NCBI RefSeq assembly: GCF_006345805.1
Contig: NC_043021.1
Span: 17,546,001 to 17,610,000 of the forward strand
Length of the DNA: 64,000 nucleotides
Reading direction: 5' to 3'
Origin: Octopus sinensis
Lineage: Eukaryota
The notes beneath the pieces were generated by a model. It did not search any database. It was not told where the DNA came from and was given only the letters and a program-made list of their open reading frames with translations. The translations under genes were made by a program, and so were the position numbers. Of the stretch, positions 1 through 12,105 are shown in pieces. The first letter of the stretch is position 1. The number at the start of each line of letters is the position of its first letter.

Positions 1-523
1 AGCAGATGAAAGACGTCCTTATGACAAACGCTCATCAAATGACAATTGCTCGGCAGAGCCTAAACATTTGTAGACCGTAGATTTTCAAATTTATGCAATA
101 CATCCAGAATGAATTCTTTCTGGTGACGACAACTACATGATAACTCTGATCTGTGATTAAGCCTATATCACTGAATGTTTTAGAATGTGGAACTTTTCTA
201 CAAAGCAAAGCCTGCAGTTTCGACCTTCGGTGAAGTGTTCAGTAGTCGATGCTGTCCTAAGCTTTTAGAGTACTTTCCAGGCTACAGTACCCGCGTTTCC
301 AAATCCAGATGATCTGAGACAAGATGGTAGAGAAGATGCGTGCAGTTTTGGTCTTGTGTTCGGTAACTTCGATAGTGGTGACAATAGGTAACTTATATTA
401 TAAATACACGTGTATATGTGTGTATAACATACAAACACATGCACACACACGCACACACACCATACAGACGCGCACACAAACACATATCTATATAGACAGA
501 CAGACACAGAGAGATAGACAGAC

Positions 524-524
<1 letters not shown>

Positions 525-604
<80 letters not shown>
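525..604. repeat. (GATA)n microsatellite
   Basis: Pure GATA run flanked by GACA units. Confidence 0.95.
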
Positions 605-606
<2 letters not shown>

Positions 607-723
607 CAGACAGACATACACATATGCATTTACATATACAAATTCATATGAATAATAAATATACATACTCACACACACATATATGCATTTACATACGCTG
701 ACATGTTTACATATATATATATA

Positions 724-979
724 CTTTATTTAAAGCAGCAGAAAATTTAACAAAACCTGTTACTCTAAGTTTCCATTGCCGTTCATCGGACAGTTTTTGC
801 TAGAATGGAACCGATATGTCTGTACCATTCTAGCAAAAAACTGTCCGATGAACGGCAACGGGAAACTCAGAGTAACAGGTTTTGTTGAATTTTCTGCTGC
901 TTTAAATAAAGCATATTACTCTACCACTGGTATTTGAGTACTCTTTTTTCCACCTTGTTTCACATTATGTGTTTACTCC

Positions 980-980
<1 letters not shown>
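724..980. mobile_element. Fold-back element with hammerhead-like motif, probably derived from a Penelope-like pseudo-LTR
   Basis: Inverted arms 724-808 and 825-911; (TA)n on both sides; second copy at 17516-17745; motif CCGATGA..GAAAC..GTA at 845-874. Confidence 0.6.
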
Positions 981-1060
<80 letters not shown>

Positions 1061-1375
1061 TATATATATACACACACACACATATATATATATATATGTG
1101 CATAATACACAAATACGTAGATAGACGTAGATGCATACACACACGCACGCACACACATTTATATATACATCCATCCATCCACTCTTACATACACACAGAC
1201 GTTCATACATTATAAATACAGACGCGCGCGCGCGCGTAAAAGAATTCCACTCTTTGATAAATGAGATGAACTTCCGGTCTTTGATGAACATCAGTTTTTG
1301 ATATTTGAAAATATTTCGCTACTTTTTGTTTGTTTGTTTTATGCAGTTGTATATTTTAATTTATTTATTTTGTTC

Positions 1376-1437
1376 TATTTATTATTTATTATTATTATTT
1401 TTATTATTATTATTAATATTATTATTATTATTATTAA

Positions 1438-1491
<54 letters not shown>

Positions 1492-1715
1492 TATTATTAT
1501 TATTTTATTATTATTATGACTATTATTATTATTATTATCACTATTATTATTATCTATCATTATATTATTATTATTATTATATTATTATTATTATTTTATT
1601 ATTATTATTTTATTATCCTATTATTAATATTATTATTATTATTATTTTATTATTATTATTATTATTATTTTTATTTTTATTATTATTATTTTTTTATTAT
1701 TATTATTATTATTAT
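1376..1715. repeat. Degenerate (TTA)n microsatellite
   Basis: About 340 bp of TTA/ATT triplets; explains the poly-I/L/Y ORFs. Confidence 0.95.
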
Positions 1716-2064
1716 TCATTTATCTATTTATTTATTTCATTTATTTTTTTTTTAATATTCGTTGGGTCTTGTTAACTTTCTTCCGACCACTTGAAGTTTT
1801 TCAACTTTTCACCGGATTCTTTTCAGAAAACATGGCTGGGCTGTAGCTTTGCCCGTTGCTGAAAACTGCATTCAATTCTTCTTTTTTTTTTCTGATTTTC
1901 TTTTTTCTTAAGAATTAATAATGCTTTTGAAGTTGTGGCACACGGCCGGCAATTTCGGAGGAGGGGGTAAGTCGATTACACCAACCCCCAAAGTATCAAC
2001 TGATACTTATTTTATCGACCCGACCCCGAAAGGATGGAAGGCAAAGTCGATCATGGCGGAATAT

Positions 2065-2067
<3 letters not shown>

Positions 2068-2095
<28 letters not shown>

Positions 2096-2103
2096 AAGAA
2101 GAA

Positions 2104-2148
<45 letters not shown>

Positions 2149-2414
2149 GAAGAGAAGAAAAATAGAAGAAGAAAATCTTCGAAGAACAGAAGAAAGAAGA
2201 AGAGAAAATAAAAGAGATCGAACGAAGAAGAGAAAATAGACAAAGAAGAATCGAAGCAAGAAGAAGAAAGAAGAAGAAGAAGAAGAGAAGAGAAGAAAAA
2301 TATTAAAAAGAAGAAGAAGAAGACGAAAAATAAAAAGAAGAAGAAGAAGAAGAAGAAAAATAAAAAGAAGAAAACGAAAAATAAAAAGAAGAAGAAGAAG
2401 AAGAAGAAGAAGAA
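2068..2414. repeat. (GAA)n/(GAT)n low-complexity tract
   Basis: GAA and GAT runs. Confidence 0.95.
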
Positions 2415-2585
2415 ATGTTACGAGCATTTCAAATTATGTAATTTTAGCCAATCGAAGTCTCGATTGCCAGACATTCCGGAAATCGTGACTATTCCCCCCC
2501 CCACACGAAACCTTTACATGGTCTTTCGATCTGCTAGAAATAATAGCTAAATATACCTTACCCAGCACCATAATGTCTAAAACAC

Positions 2586-3278
2586 AAAAAAGGACGGCAC
2601 ATTGTGCCACAGCTCAGCGTATTTCCTTGCTTGAGACTAGCCCAGGTGCTTTCCATTTGCTGGCTGTTATTAATAACATTTAAATTAAAGTCATCCTCCA
2701 CAGATGTAATCTTTTATCGAACTCATGACACTTTGTAGCGTGGTTCGAAACCTAACCGCTAGATATTCGGTTGAATGCCACGGGTGAACCACCAGTTTCA
2801 CGTGATCGGTCAATAAATCGAGAAGCTGTGGCGTGATATGGTTTTCTCAAATGTTCTAAAATATGACTTCTTGTTCCCTATAAAAAATTTTTTTTTGGCG
2901 GGTAACGTTGGGCGTAGACGACCAACGAACCACTGACGTCACAGATTGCCTCGGAGACTCGCATCAATGCGAGTGGTAGACTTCGCCTTTCATCCTTTTG
3001 GGGTCGAGAAAATTAGTATCAGTTGAGCACTGGGGTAAATGTAATCGATTAGAACCCCTACTCTCCTGAAATTGATAGCATTGTGCCATAATTTGAAATC
3101 AGTATTAATCTGTGAGGCCCAGCAAGTGTTTTAAGAGTTGTGAGTTCGATAAAGGGTTACATCTGTGGAGATTGACTTTAATTTAAATGTTATAAATAAA
3201 ACTCAAATGAAGATTGACTTGGTCCCGTCTCAAGCAGGCAAATAAACTGGACTGTGGCACAGTGTGCCGTCCTTTTTT
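2586..3278. mobile_element. Putative non-autonomous TIR element (MITE-like)
   Basis: 27-bp inverted repeat aaaaaaggacggcaca(t/c)tgtgccacag at 2586-2612 and 3252-3278, extending degenerately inward. Confidence 0.5.
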
Positions 3279-3497
3279 TTTTTTGGTGGGGAAGTTGTTT
3301 TCTTTTTTTATGTTATGATGTGGTTTCATGTGTGCTGTTGCCAGAAGTCTCAGTTGGTTAAAATTGCATGATTTTAATTGCTTTTAACATATTTTTTTTA
3401 ATTAATTTCTAAAAATTAATAATAAAAAAAGGTGGCAAGCTGGCAGAATCGTCGGCACACCGGGAAAAATGCTTAACGGCATTTCGCCCCGTCATCG

Positions 3498-4430
3498 AAT
3501 TTTTTTCCCACGAGAGTTCCGGACCCCAGTTTTGAGCTCATTTGCATACAGCCAATCAGAGCTCAATTATCAGACTATCAGAGCGCATAACAAGTGGAAG
3601 CACTCCGTCGGTTACGACGACGAGGGTTCCGGTTGATCCGAATCAATGGAACAGCCTGCTCGTGAAATTAACGTGTAAGTGGCTGAGCACTCCACAGACA
3701 CGTGTACCCTTAACGTAGTTCTCGGGGATATTCAGCGTGACACAGAGAGTGACAAGGCCGGCCCTTTGAAATACAGGTACAACAGAAAGAGGAAGTAAGA
3801 GTGAGAGAAAGTTGTGGTGAAAGAGTACAGCAGGGATCACCACCATCGCCTGCCGGAGCCTCGTGGAGCTTTAGGTGTTTTCGCTCAATAAACACTCACA
3901 ACGCCCGGTCTGGGAATCGAAACCACGATCCTATGACCGCGAGTCCGCTGCCCTAACCACTGGGCCATTGCGCCTCCACGCATAACAAGTGATGAGCGAT
4001 AAGATCAGGTCACTTGGTTAAGGAATGACCATGTTTCTTTTCTCTTTTAAGAATGCTTGTTGTTCTTGTTTTTGTTCCAACCATGGCTGCCTCTGCATAG
4101 TTGTGTTGTTGTTTACTTTGTAAAACAGTAAGGGGAGAGGGTTGCTAGCACATCACCCTCTACCCACATTTTCCCCATCTGCACCATTACCATATGGAGC
4201 CCTAACAAAATCCGATAATAGGTACAGATGCAAATCTATCTAATTACTTGTCTCCTTCTAAAACCAGACATAACTTGGCCATCGGTCGACTTAAAACAAC
4301 ACCGTTCTTCGTCTTGAATTTCCTTGGTAGAGAGTGTTTGTTAACTTGACAGCAAGGTCAAGGTGAGTTCTGATTGGTTGTATGCAAAGGAGTTCATTAC
4401 TGGGGTCCGGAACTCTCGTGGGGAAAAACT
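3498..4430. mobile_element. Non-autonomous TIR element inserted in a SINE-B copy
   Basis: About 65-bp inverted termini (ttttcccacgagagttccggaccccag...gcatacagccaatcaga); the SINE-B sequence stops at about 3498 and resumes at about 4431. Confidence 0.7.
3597..3979 (-). mobile_element. tRNA-derived SINE, family C
   Basis: Minus-strand head with A box TGGCCCAGTGG and B box GGTTTCGATTCC; 12-bp TSD gcataacaagtg (3585-3596, 3980-3991); near-identical copies at 15055 and 55594. Confidence 0.9.
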
Positions 4431-4787
4431 TCGCGTCCCGTTCAAATTTCGCCGGGGTCGACTTTACCTTTCATCCTTTCGGGATCGATAAGATAAGTAT
4501 CAGTTAAATACTGGGGGTCGATGTTATCAAATTAGTCCCACACCCGAAATTTCAAGCCTTGGGTTTAAAAATAAACCCAATGCGATTTTCGTCCATCATC
4601 AAACAAAATATGAAAAATACATTTTCGGAAAAGAATTTGGTGAAAATTTCGAAAACTTGAAATGGTTGGAAGAAATTCAACAAGATTCTATCAGGAAGGT
4701 TGGCTGCCATTTGACAACTTTTCAGCTCTTCAATGGTAAAATGCCCAATCTTTCTTCTGTTTTCATGGCGAAGGTCCGGTCGAATAA

Positions 4788-5360
4788 GGGAGCTGGCAGA
4801 ACCGTTAGCACACCGGGCGAAATGCTTTGCGGTATTTCGTCTGCCATTACGTTCTGAGTTCAAATTCCGTCGATCTCGACTTTGCCTTTCATCCTTTCGG
4901 GGTCGATTAAAATAAGTACCTGTTACGCACTGGGGTCGATGTAATCGACTTAATCCGTTTGTCTGTCCTTGTTTGTCCCCTCTGTGTTTAGCCCCTTGTG
5001 GGTAGTAAAAAAATAGGTATTTCGTCTGCTGTTATGTTCTGAGTTTAAATTCTGCCGAAGTCGACCTTGCCTTTCATCCTTTCGGGGTCGATTAAATAAG
5101 TACCAGTTACGCACTGGGGTCAATGTAATCGACTTAATCCGTTTGTCTGTCCTTGTTTGTCTCCTCTGTGTGTTTAGCCCCTTGTGGGTAGTAAAGAATT
5201 AGGTATTTCGTCTGCTGCTACATTCTGAGTTTAAATTCTGCCGAGGTCGCCTTTGCCTTTCATCCTTTCAGGGTCGATAAATCAAGTACCAGTTGAGTAC
5301 TGGGGTCGATGTAATCGACTTACCGCGTCCCCCAAAATTTCAGGCCTTGTGCCTAGAGCA
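4788..5360 (+). mobile_element. Tandem SINE family B copies (about 3)
   Basis: Repeated gagttcaaattcc B box and gcctttcatcctttcggggtcgat core. Confidence 0.85.
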
Positions 5361-5830
5361 AATAGGACAATATACTCCGTTCGAAATGTTCCTTTCTTGT
5401 CCGTCTGATAAGATTCGATTTGTTTCTTTTTTATATTTACTCGTTGGTTATTTGTTTATTTATTTATTTTGTTTTATTTATTTATTTATTTATTTTATCC
5501 ATTTGTTTGTTTGTTTGAGTGGGTGGTTGGGTGGAGGTGGGTTTCGTTAATGTAATAGGGGAGAATAAGGGTGGGGTGGGGTAATGCTGGTCTTGTGTCT
5601 ATTCACTTCAATGGTGGTGGTGGAGAGAGTGCTGTTTAACCCCAGGTCAGACCTAATCGAATAGAGCCGGCCGTGGCCGTCCTGTCTTTTTTTTTTTTTT
5701 ACCTCTTTGCTGTTTCGAAACGGATGATTATCATATTAGCTTCGCTGTGTTCGACTAAAATCACTCTCTTGTACTTGTTTCAGTCATTTGACTGCGGCCA
5801 TGCTGGAGCACCGCCTTTGGTCGAGCAACT

Positions 5831-6730
5831 CGATTTTATCGATCAACTGGTATTTAATTTATTTATACGGAAAAGATGAACGGTAAATCCTACCTCTGCA
5901 GTATTTGAACTCAGAACGTCAAGCCCGAAAAAAAAAAGAAGAAACAAACAAACAAAGAAAAAGGCCGTTAAGTAGTCTGTCCGGCTTGCTAAAGATTCTG
6001 TCAGCTCGTCATAAGTGATAACGCATGTCAAATACGAAACCGGATGTGACAAACAGCTGATGGCACTACTACATAATACAGAATATATATTTTATACAAT
6101 GCAGTATATATATATAAATCTAGAGTATTTTCTAAATTTCAATGGTCAGAACTATTTATAATGGTGTTGGTGACCATAATACATGATAAGATCTAGATTT
6201 ATTTAAGACAATAATTACTGAATTGCTAAATGTATTCTGTGAAATCACTATAGGATTGTAGCAGCTACAGAGATATATTTGTTGGGTAGCGTTTCAAAAT
6301 TTAAGACCATGCTTTTAAGGATCATTTCTTAAGTATGTGTCGCAACGGTATCCGATTCCTTTGATCGGTCAACAACATCACGATGATGCGAGATCGTATT
6401 GAGTCCTGAGCGTGAAGCAGGATCTCCTCTATCGTTCGTTACTCCGCCTTCAACGAACGTGAGGAATCCATTGAAGATCGTTCTTGAGAGGTTTAATAAC
6501 TTCTTAAAGAGGGACTCGATACTTTCTGAGTGATGTTATTTTTTATACTAAATTAACAACAGATAATGTTTTTCATATGACAGATAGTACGGGCTTTGTA
6601 AATATCGATTCTAAATACTGTCCATCCATTCGGGTGCGCTCTGTCTCGATCCAAACGAATGAAAGAAGGGGGACAAGATTACGTTGTTCAGGATGAAAGG
6701 CATGGTCGACCTCGACGGAATTTGTAGTTT
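5831..6730 (+). repeat. About 900-bp locally duplicated segment, copy 1 of 3
   Basis: Direct match to 9004-9897 and inverted match to about 12765-13651, with scattered SNPs and indels. Confidence 0.95.
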
Positions 6731-6734
6731 AACT

Positions 6735-7118
6735 TTTTACTTGTGACTGTGGCCATGCTGGAGCACCGCCCTTAGTCGATCAAATCGACCCCAGGACTTA
6801 TTCTTTGTAAGCCTAGTACTTATCTTATCGGCCTCTTTTTTGCCGAACCGCTAGGTTACGGGGACGTAAACACACCAGCATCGCTTGTCAAGCAATGCTA
6901 GGGGGACAAACACACACACGCATACATATATATATATATATATTTACATATATACGACGGGCTTCTTTAAGTTTCCGTCTACCAAATTCACTCACAAGGC
7001 TTTGGTCGGCCCGAGGCTATAGTAGAAGACACTTGCCCAAGATGCCACGCAGTGGGACCGAACCCGGAACCATGTGGTTGGTAAGCAAGCTACTTACCAC
7101 ACAGCCACTCCTGCGCCT
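6735..7118 (-). mobile_element. tRNA-derived SINE, family A
   Basis: Minus-strand head GGCGCAGGAGTGGCTGTGTGGTAAG, internal (TA)n, conserved tail. Confidence 0.9.
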
Positions 7119-7389
7119 ATTTATTTATTTATTTTATCCATTTGTTTGTTTGTTTGAGTGGGTGGAGGTGGGTTTCGTTAATGTAATAGAGGAGAATAAG
7201 GGTGGGGTAATGCTGGTCTTGTGTCTATTCACTTCAATGTTGGTGGTGGAGAGAGTGCTGTTTAACCCCAGGTCAGACCTGATCGAATAGAGCCGGCCGT
7301 GGCCGTCCTGTCTTTTTTTTTTTTTACCTCTTTGCTGTTTCGAAACGGATGATTATCATATTAGCTTCGCTGTGTTCGACTAAAATCAC

Positions 7390-7762
7390 TCTCTTGTACT
7401 TGTTTCAGTCATTTGACTGCGGCCATGCTGGAGCACCGCCTTTGGTCGAGCAAATCGACCTCGAGACTTATTCTTTGGAAGCCCAGTACTTATTCTATCG
7501 GTCTCTTTTGCCGAACCATTAAGTGACGGGGACGTAAACACACCAGCATTGGTTGTCAAGCAATGCTAGGGGGACAAACAAACACACATATATATATATA
7601 CATATATACGACGGGCTTCTTTCAGTTTCCGTCTACCAAATCCACTCACAAGGCTTTGGTCGACCCGAGGCTATAGTAGAAGACACTTGCCCAAGGTGCC
7701 ACGCAGTGGGACTGAACCCGGAACCATGTAGTTGGTAAGCACACACAGCCACTCCTGCGCCT
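7390..7762 (-). mobile_element. SINE family A
   Basis: Same family sequence. Confidence 0.9.
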
Positions 7763-8154
7763 GGGTGCGATAAAAAAAAAAGACATCACTTCTACTTTTG
7801 CAATCAATAGAGTATTTAGAATTGTTAGAAATAGCAGTTAAATCTCGTCCAAGTCTCACACATTTTTTTTTTTAATGAAAAGGATAAATTAGATCAGACA
7901 AACTGGACGGTGCCACATAAACTCCCTCATATGGGGAGTCATATAGGGATCGATTCATTGTCCTTACAATTCTTCAAGGTGATACTCCAGCATGGCCGCA
8001 GTCTAATGGCTGAAACAAGCATAAGATTATATATAAAAAAAAAGTAATCGCAATCTACATTCTCAGAAAACGTACCTTTACCAAAATAACGAAATTTCCG
8101 GAAAGATTCGAGGAAACAAATTTGGATTGTGGGAGATAGCAGTCTGTAGGTATA

Positions 8155-8373
8155 CTCTTTTACTCTTTTACTTGTTTCAGTCATTTGAGTGCGGCCATGC
8201 TGGAGCACCGCCTTTAATCGGGCAACTCGACCCCAGGACTTATTCTTTTTGTAAGCCCAGTACTTATTCTATCGGTCTATTTGCCGAACCGCTAAGTAAC
8301 GGGGACATAAACACACCAGCATCGGTTGTCAAGCAATGCTAGGGGGACAAACACAGACACACAAACACACATA

Positions 8374-8461
<88 letters not shown>

Positions 8462-8632
8462 TATATACAACGGGCTTCTTTCAGTTTCCGTCTACCAAAT
8501 CCACTCACAAGGCTTTGGTCGGCCCGAGGCTATAGTGAAGGACACTTGCCCAAGGTGCCACGCAGTGGGACTGAACCCGGAACCATGTGGTTCGTAAGCA
8601 AGCTACTTACCACACAGCCACTCCTGCGCCTA
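8155..8632 (-). mobile_element. SINE family A with expanded internal (TA)n
   Basis: Same family sequence. Confidence 0.9.
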
Positions 8633-8675
8633 TGTGAAAATTGTTTGGGGCTCGTTCTCAGCAACACATATTCTC

Positions 8676-10493
8676 TTTGACTTTCGTAAATTAAAAGTAA
8701 ATTCGCCGCAGAAGGAATTTGAACGTCAGGTGGTGGAAGCGTAAACATGATATATTCTTTTCTACTCTAGGCACAAGGCAAGAAATTTTGGGTGAGGTCG
8801 GGGGGGGGGGGGTCTAATCGATTCCCAAGCGATTAGATCGACCCCAGTACGTAACTGGTACTTAATTTGTCGACCTCGGCGGAATTTGAGTTCAGTAAAC
8901 ATAATATAGTATAACCTTAAAATATCATTAAGGTTGATGTTTAATGAATGTCGATAAATTTTAATAATCCTTTCTGCCGGAAAGTTTGGGATGCGGTGCA
9001 AATCGATTTTATCGATCAACTAGTATTTAATTTATTTATACGGAAAAGATGAACGGTAAAGTCTACCTCTGCAGTATTTGAACTCAGAACGTCAAGCCCG
9101 AAAAAAAAAAGAAGAAACAAACAAACAAAGAAAAAGGCCGTTAAGTAGTCTGTCCGGCTTGCTAAAGATTCTGTCAGCTCGTCTCGTAAGTGATAACGCA
9201 TGTCAAATACGAAACCGGATGTGACAAACACCTGATGGCACTACTACATAATACAGAATATATATTTTATACAATGCAGTATACGTATGTAAATCGGGTA
9301 TTTTCTAAATTTCAATGGTCAGAACTATTTATAATGGTGTTGGTGACCATAATACATGATAAGATCTAGATTTATTTAAGACAATAATTACTGAATTTGC
9401 TAAATGTATTCTGTGAAATCACTATAGGATTGTAGCAGCTACAGAGATATATATTTGTTGGGTAGCGTTTAAAATTTAAGACCATGCTTTTAAGGATCAT
9501 TTCTTAAGTATGTGTCGCAACGGTATCCGATTCCTTTGATCGGTCAACAACATCACGATGATGCGAGATCGTATTGAGTCCTGAGCGTGAAGCAGGATTT
9601 CCTCTATCGTTCGTTACTCCGCCTTCAACGAACGTGAGGAATCCATTGAAGATCGTTCTTGAGAGGTTTAAAAACTTCTTAAAGAGGGACTCGATACTTT
9701 CTGAGTGATGTTATTTTCTACTGAATTAACAACAGATTATGTTTTTCATATGACGGGCTTTGTAAATATCGGTTCTAAATACTGTCCATCCATTCGGGTA
9801 CGCTCTGTCTCGATCCGAAATGAATGAAGGAAGGGGGGGACAAGATTACGTCGTTCACGATGAAAGGCATGGTCGACCTCGACGGAATTTGTAGTTTTTT
9901 TTTTTTTATGGGGGTGGGAACCCAAGACTGGCTACTTGCGTTCTGAGTTCGAATCCTTGAATGTTAAGACTTATGAAGAAACAAAATCGAAAGGTAAAAA
10001 AACTAATTCATATTGAGAACTGAAATGGGGAGGGGAGAAAAAAGTCAAGGGGGCACATGGACACGGACACAAACACTCACACACACACGAACACAGATAC
10101 AAATGAACACTCACACAGACACAAACATACTCCCGCATATACACACACGCAGAGACGGACACAACCATACACACTCACACAGGCTCAAACACACACACTT
10201 GCAATACATACACACGTAAGCCCATGCACACATAGACACAGGGACGCACACACAGTCAAACACAAACACACACACTCACGCGCACACAAAATCCATGTGC
10301 TATAGTAGTAGTCACTTATAAAGGGAGAGAATAACATTGTAATTATCTCCCTGCATAAGTAAACGCTATTAACTTGTTTCCATGGAAAGTAGATTTTACC
10401 TGCTATATTAACAGATATTTAACATGCTCTCTCCGTCTCCTCTCTATCTATCTGTCCCTCCCCACTCTCTCTACATATATATATTTATCCTTC

Positions 10494-10528
<35 letters not shown>

Positions 10529-10877
10529 GAGTAGTTGAATGAATTATCTTATTAGGGATAATTCGAAAGATAACCGATACCTGGGTAGAAAATTCACATC
10601 AGAAAGAACACGGTTGAAGCTACGTCCCTCGGGCATAGACTACGTGTCTTCGTGCGGAAATTTGTATGTTTATTTTAAAATTATAAGTATATGAAAGAAT
10701 GGAGTTGAACGGCTAGTTAACAAATATCCTTTATTCTCGACATATGTTTCGAAGGCTGCATATTCCTAATTCCGAAGGAATAAGGAGTACATTATGCAGA
10801 TTTCTCATCAGGAAAATCAAGGAACTTATGTCGACATCAAAATGCACAAAAAACTTTTAGCTGACCGCTCTCAAGGA
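8676..10877 (+). repeat. Left arm of 5.3-kb inverted repeat
   Basis: Reverse complement of 11711-13976, checked at both ends and several internal points. Confidence 0.95.
10727..10823 (-). ncRNA. Type I hammerhead ribozyme motif, left-arm copy
   Basis: Exact reverse complement of 11765-11861. Confidence 0.7.
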
Positions 10878-11210
10878 ACCGATGTCTACTTCTACATTGG
10901 CGCAACCTCTTCTAAATTAGCCTAAAGGGTCTCAAACTATTATTTCACTTTCAGAGATAAGAGAAAGCAACACAGCACGGGGCTAAGCAAATTAGTCTGG
11001 CGTCTGAAGAACAATAACACTACGTTCAAGCTCGAATGATCCATTTTGTCGGTGTCCTTCCCGTTTGATAAAGGCAGAAAATTTTGTGGCATCTGTAATT
11101 CCGAACTTTTTCATATTTTGTTCGCCAAAGTCCCTTTAATAAACACAATCGTCGAAAGATCCTACAGGTGTTTACACTGGAAAAGACACACCTTTCACTC
11201 ATATAAATAG
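10875..11210 (+). mobile_element. Penelope-like element ORF 3' fragment (GIY-YIG endonuclease region), inactivated
   Basis: Translates as GTDVYFYIGATSSKLA*RVSNYYFTFRDKRKQHSTGLSKLVWRLK...E*SIL...KFCGICNSE...LIN...CLH; matches the PLE pattern YIG..R..NH..F..ST.LSK..W.LK..W.IL..C..C..E..LN..C.H; two in-frame stops. Confidence 0.85.
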
Positions 11211-11710
11211 TGACTAATATAGATAACCCCTCGATTTCCAAAAAATATTTTTGCTATATTTCACCCCAATAGTCAAAAAGATTTTCTTATATTCCCAAAT
11301 ACTACTATCCATTCTTGCGTTGCCTCTCACCTCGCCCGATTCTTTCTCCCTTTCGCTATCTACTTTCCTTTCTCTACAGTAAACATAATCGAGCACACAG
11401 ACACAGACCTCTCACCTCACAGCTGTCGGTTTTCTGACATCTACCCATCCACAAACACAATCACGCATTCAGACACACACATACACACATTAAGACAGTT
11501 ATATACAGTCACACACACAGCCACTCATTCATAAAAGAAATCATTTAAACCCACCATTCTTTTGACCTGCACTCTCTCACCTTACTATTCTTATGCCTCC
11601 TTCCTCCTACTTCGTTTGAACCCTTGAACCTTTAGAACCTTCTAGATTCTTCTACATTCAGCCACTCTGACCTCACTCCTTATAAAGAGACACTCATTAT
11701 CGCCATGGGC

Positions 11711-12059
11711 TCCTTGAGAGCGGTCAGCTAAAAGTTTTTTGTGCATTTTGATGTCGACATAAGTTCCTTGATTTTCCTGATGAGAAATCTGCATAATGTA
11801 CTCCTTATTCCTTCGGAATTAGGAATATGCAGCCTTCGAAACATATGTCGAGAATAAAGGATATTTGTTAACTAGCCGTTCAACTCCATTCTTTCATATA
11901 CTTATAATTTTAAAATAAACATACAAATTTCCGCACGAAGACACGTAGTCTATGCCCGAGGGACGTAGCTTCAACCGTGTTCTTTCTGATGTCAAATTTT
12001 CTACACAGGTATCGGTTATCTTTCGAATATCCCTAATAAGATAATTCATTCAACTACTC

Positions 12060-12105
<46 letters not shown>

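Noticed and set aside
1-390. Coding-like sequence with a possible donor at about 388
   Set aside because: The frames I translated contain stops and no family motif was recognisable; possibly a decayed retroelement
265-2427. Long ORFs of YI, LLLL, IIII or FFFF type
   Set aside because: Translations of microsatellites
6340-6545. Stop-free minus-strand frame of about 69 codons in the triplicated segment
   Set aside because: No ATG, no convincing splice-site pair, no recognisable domain
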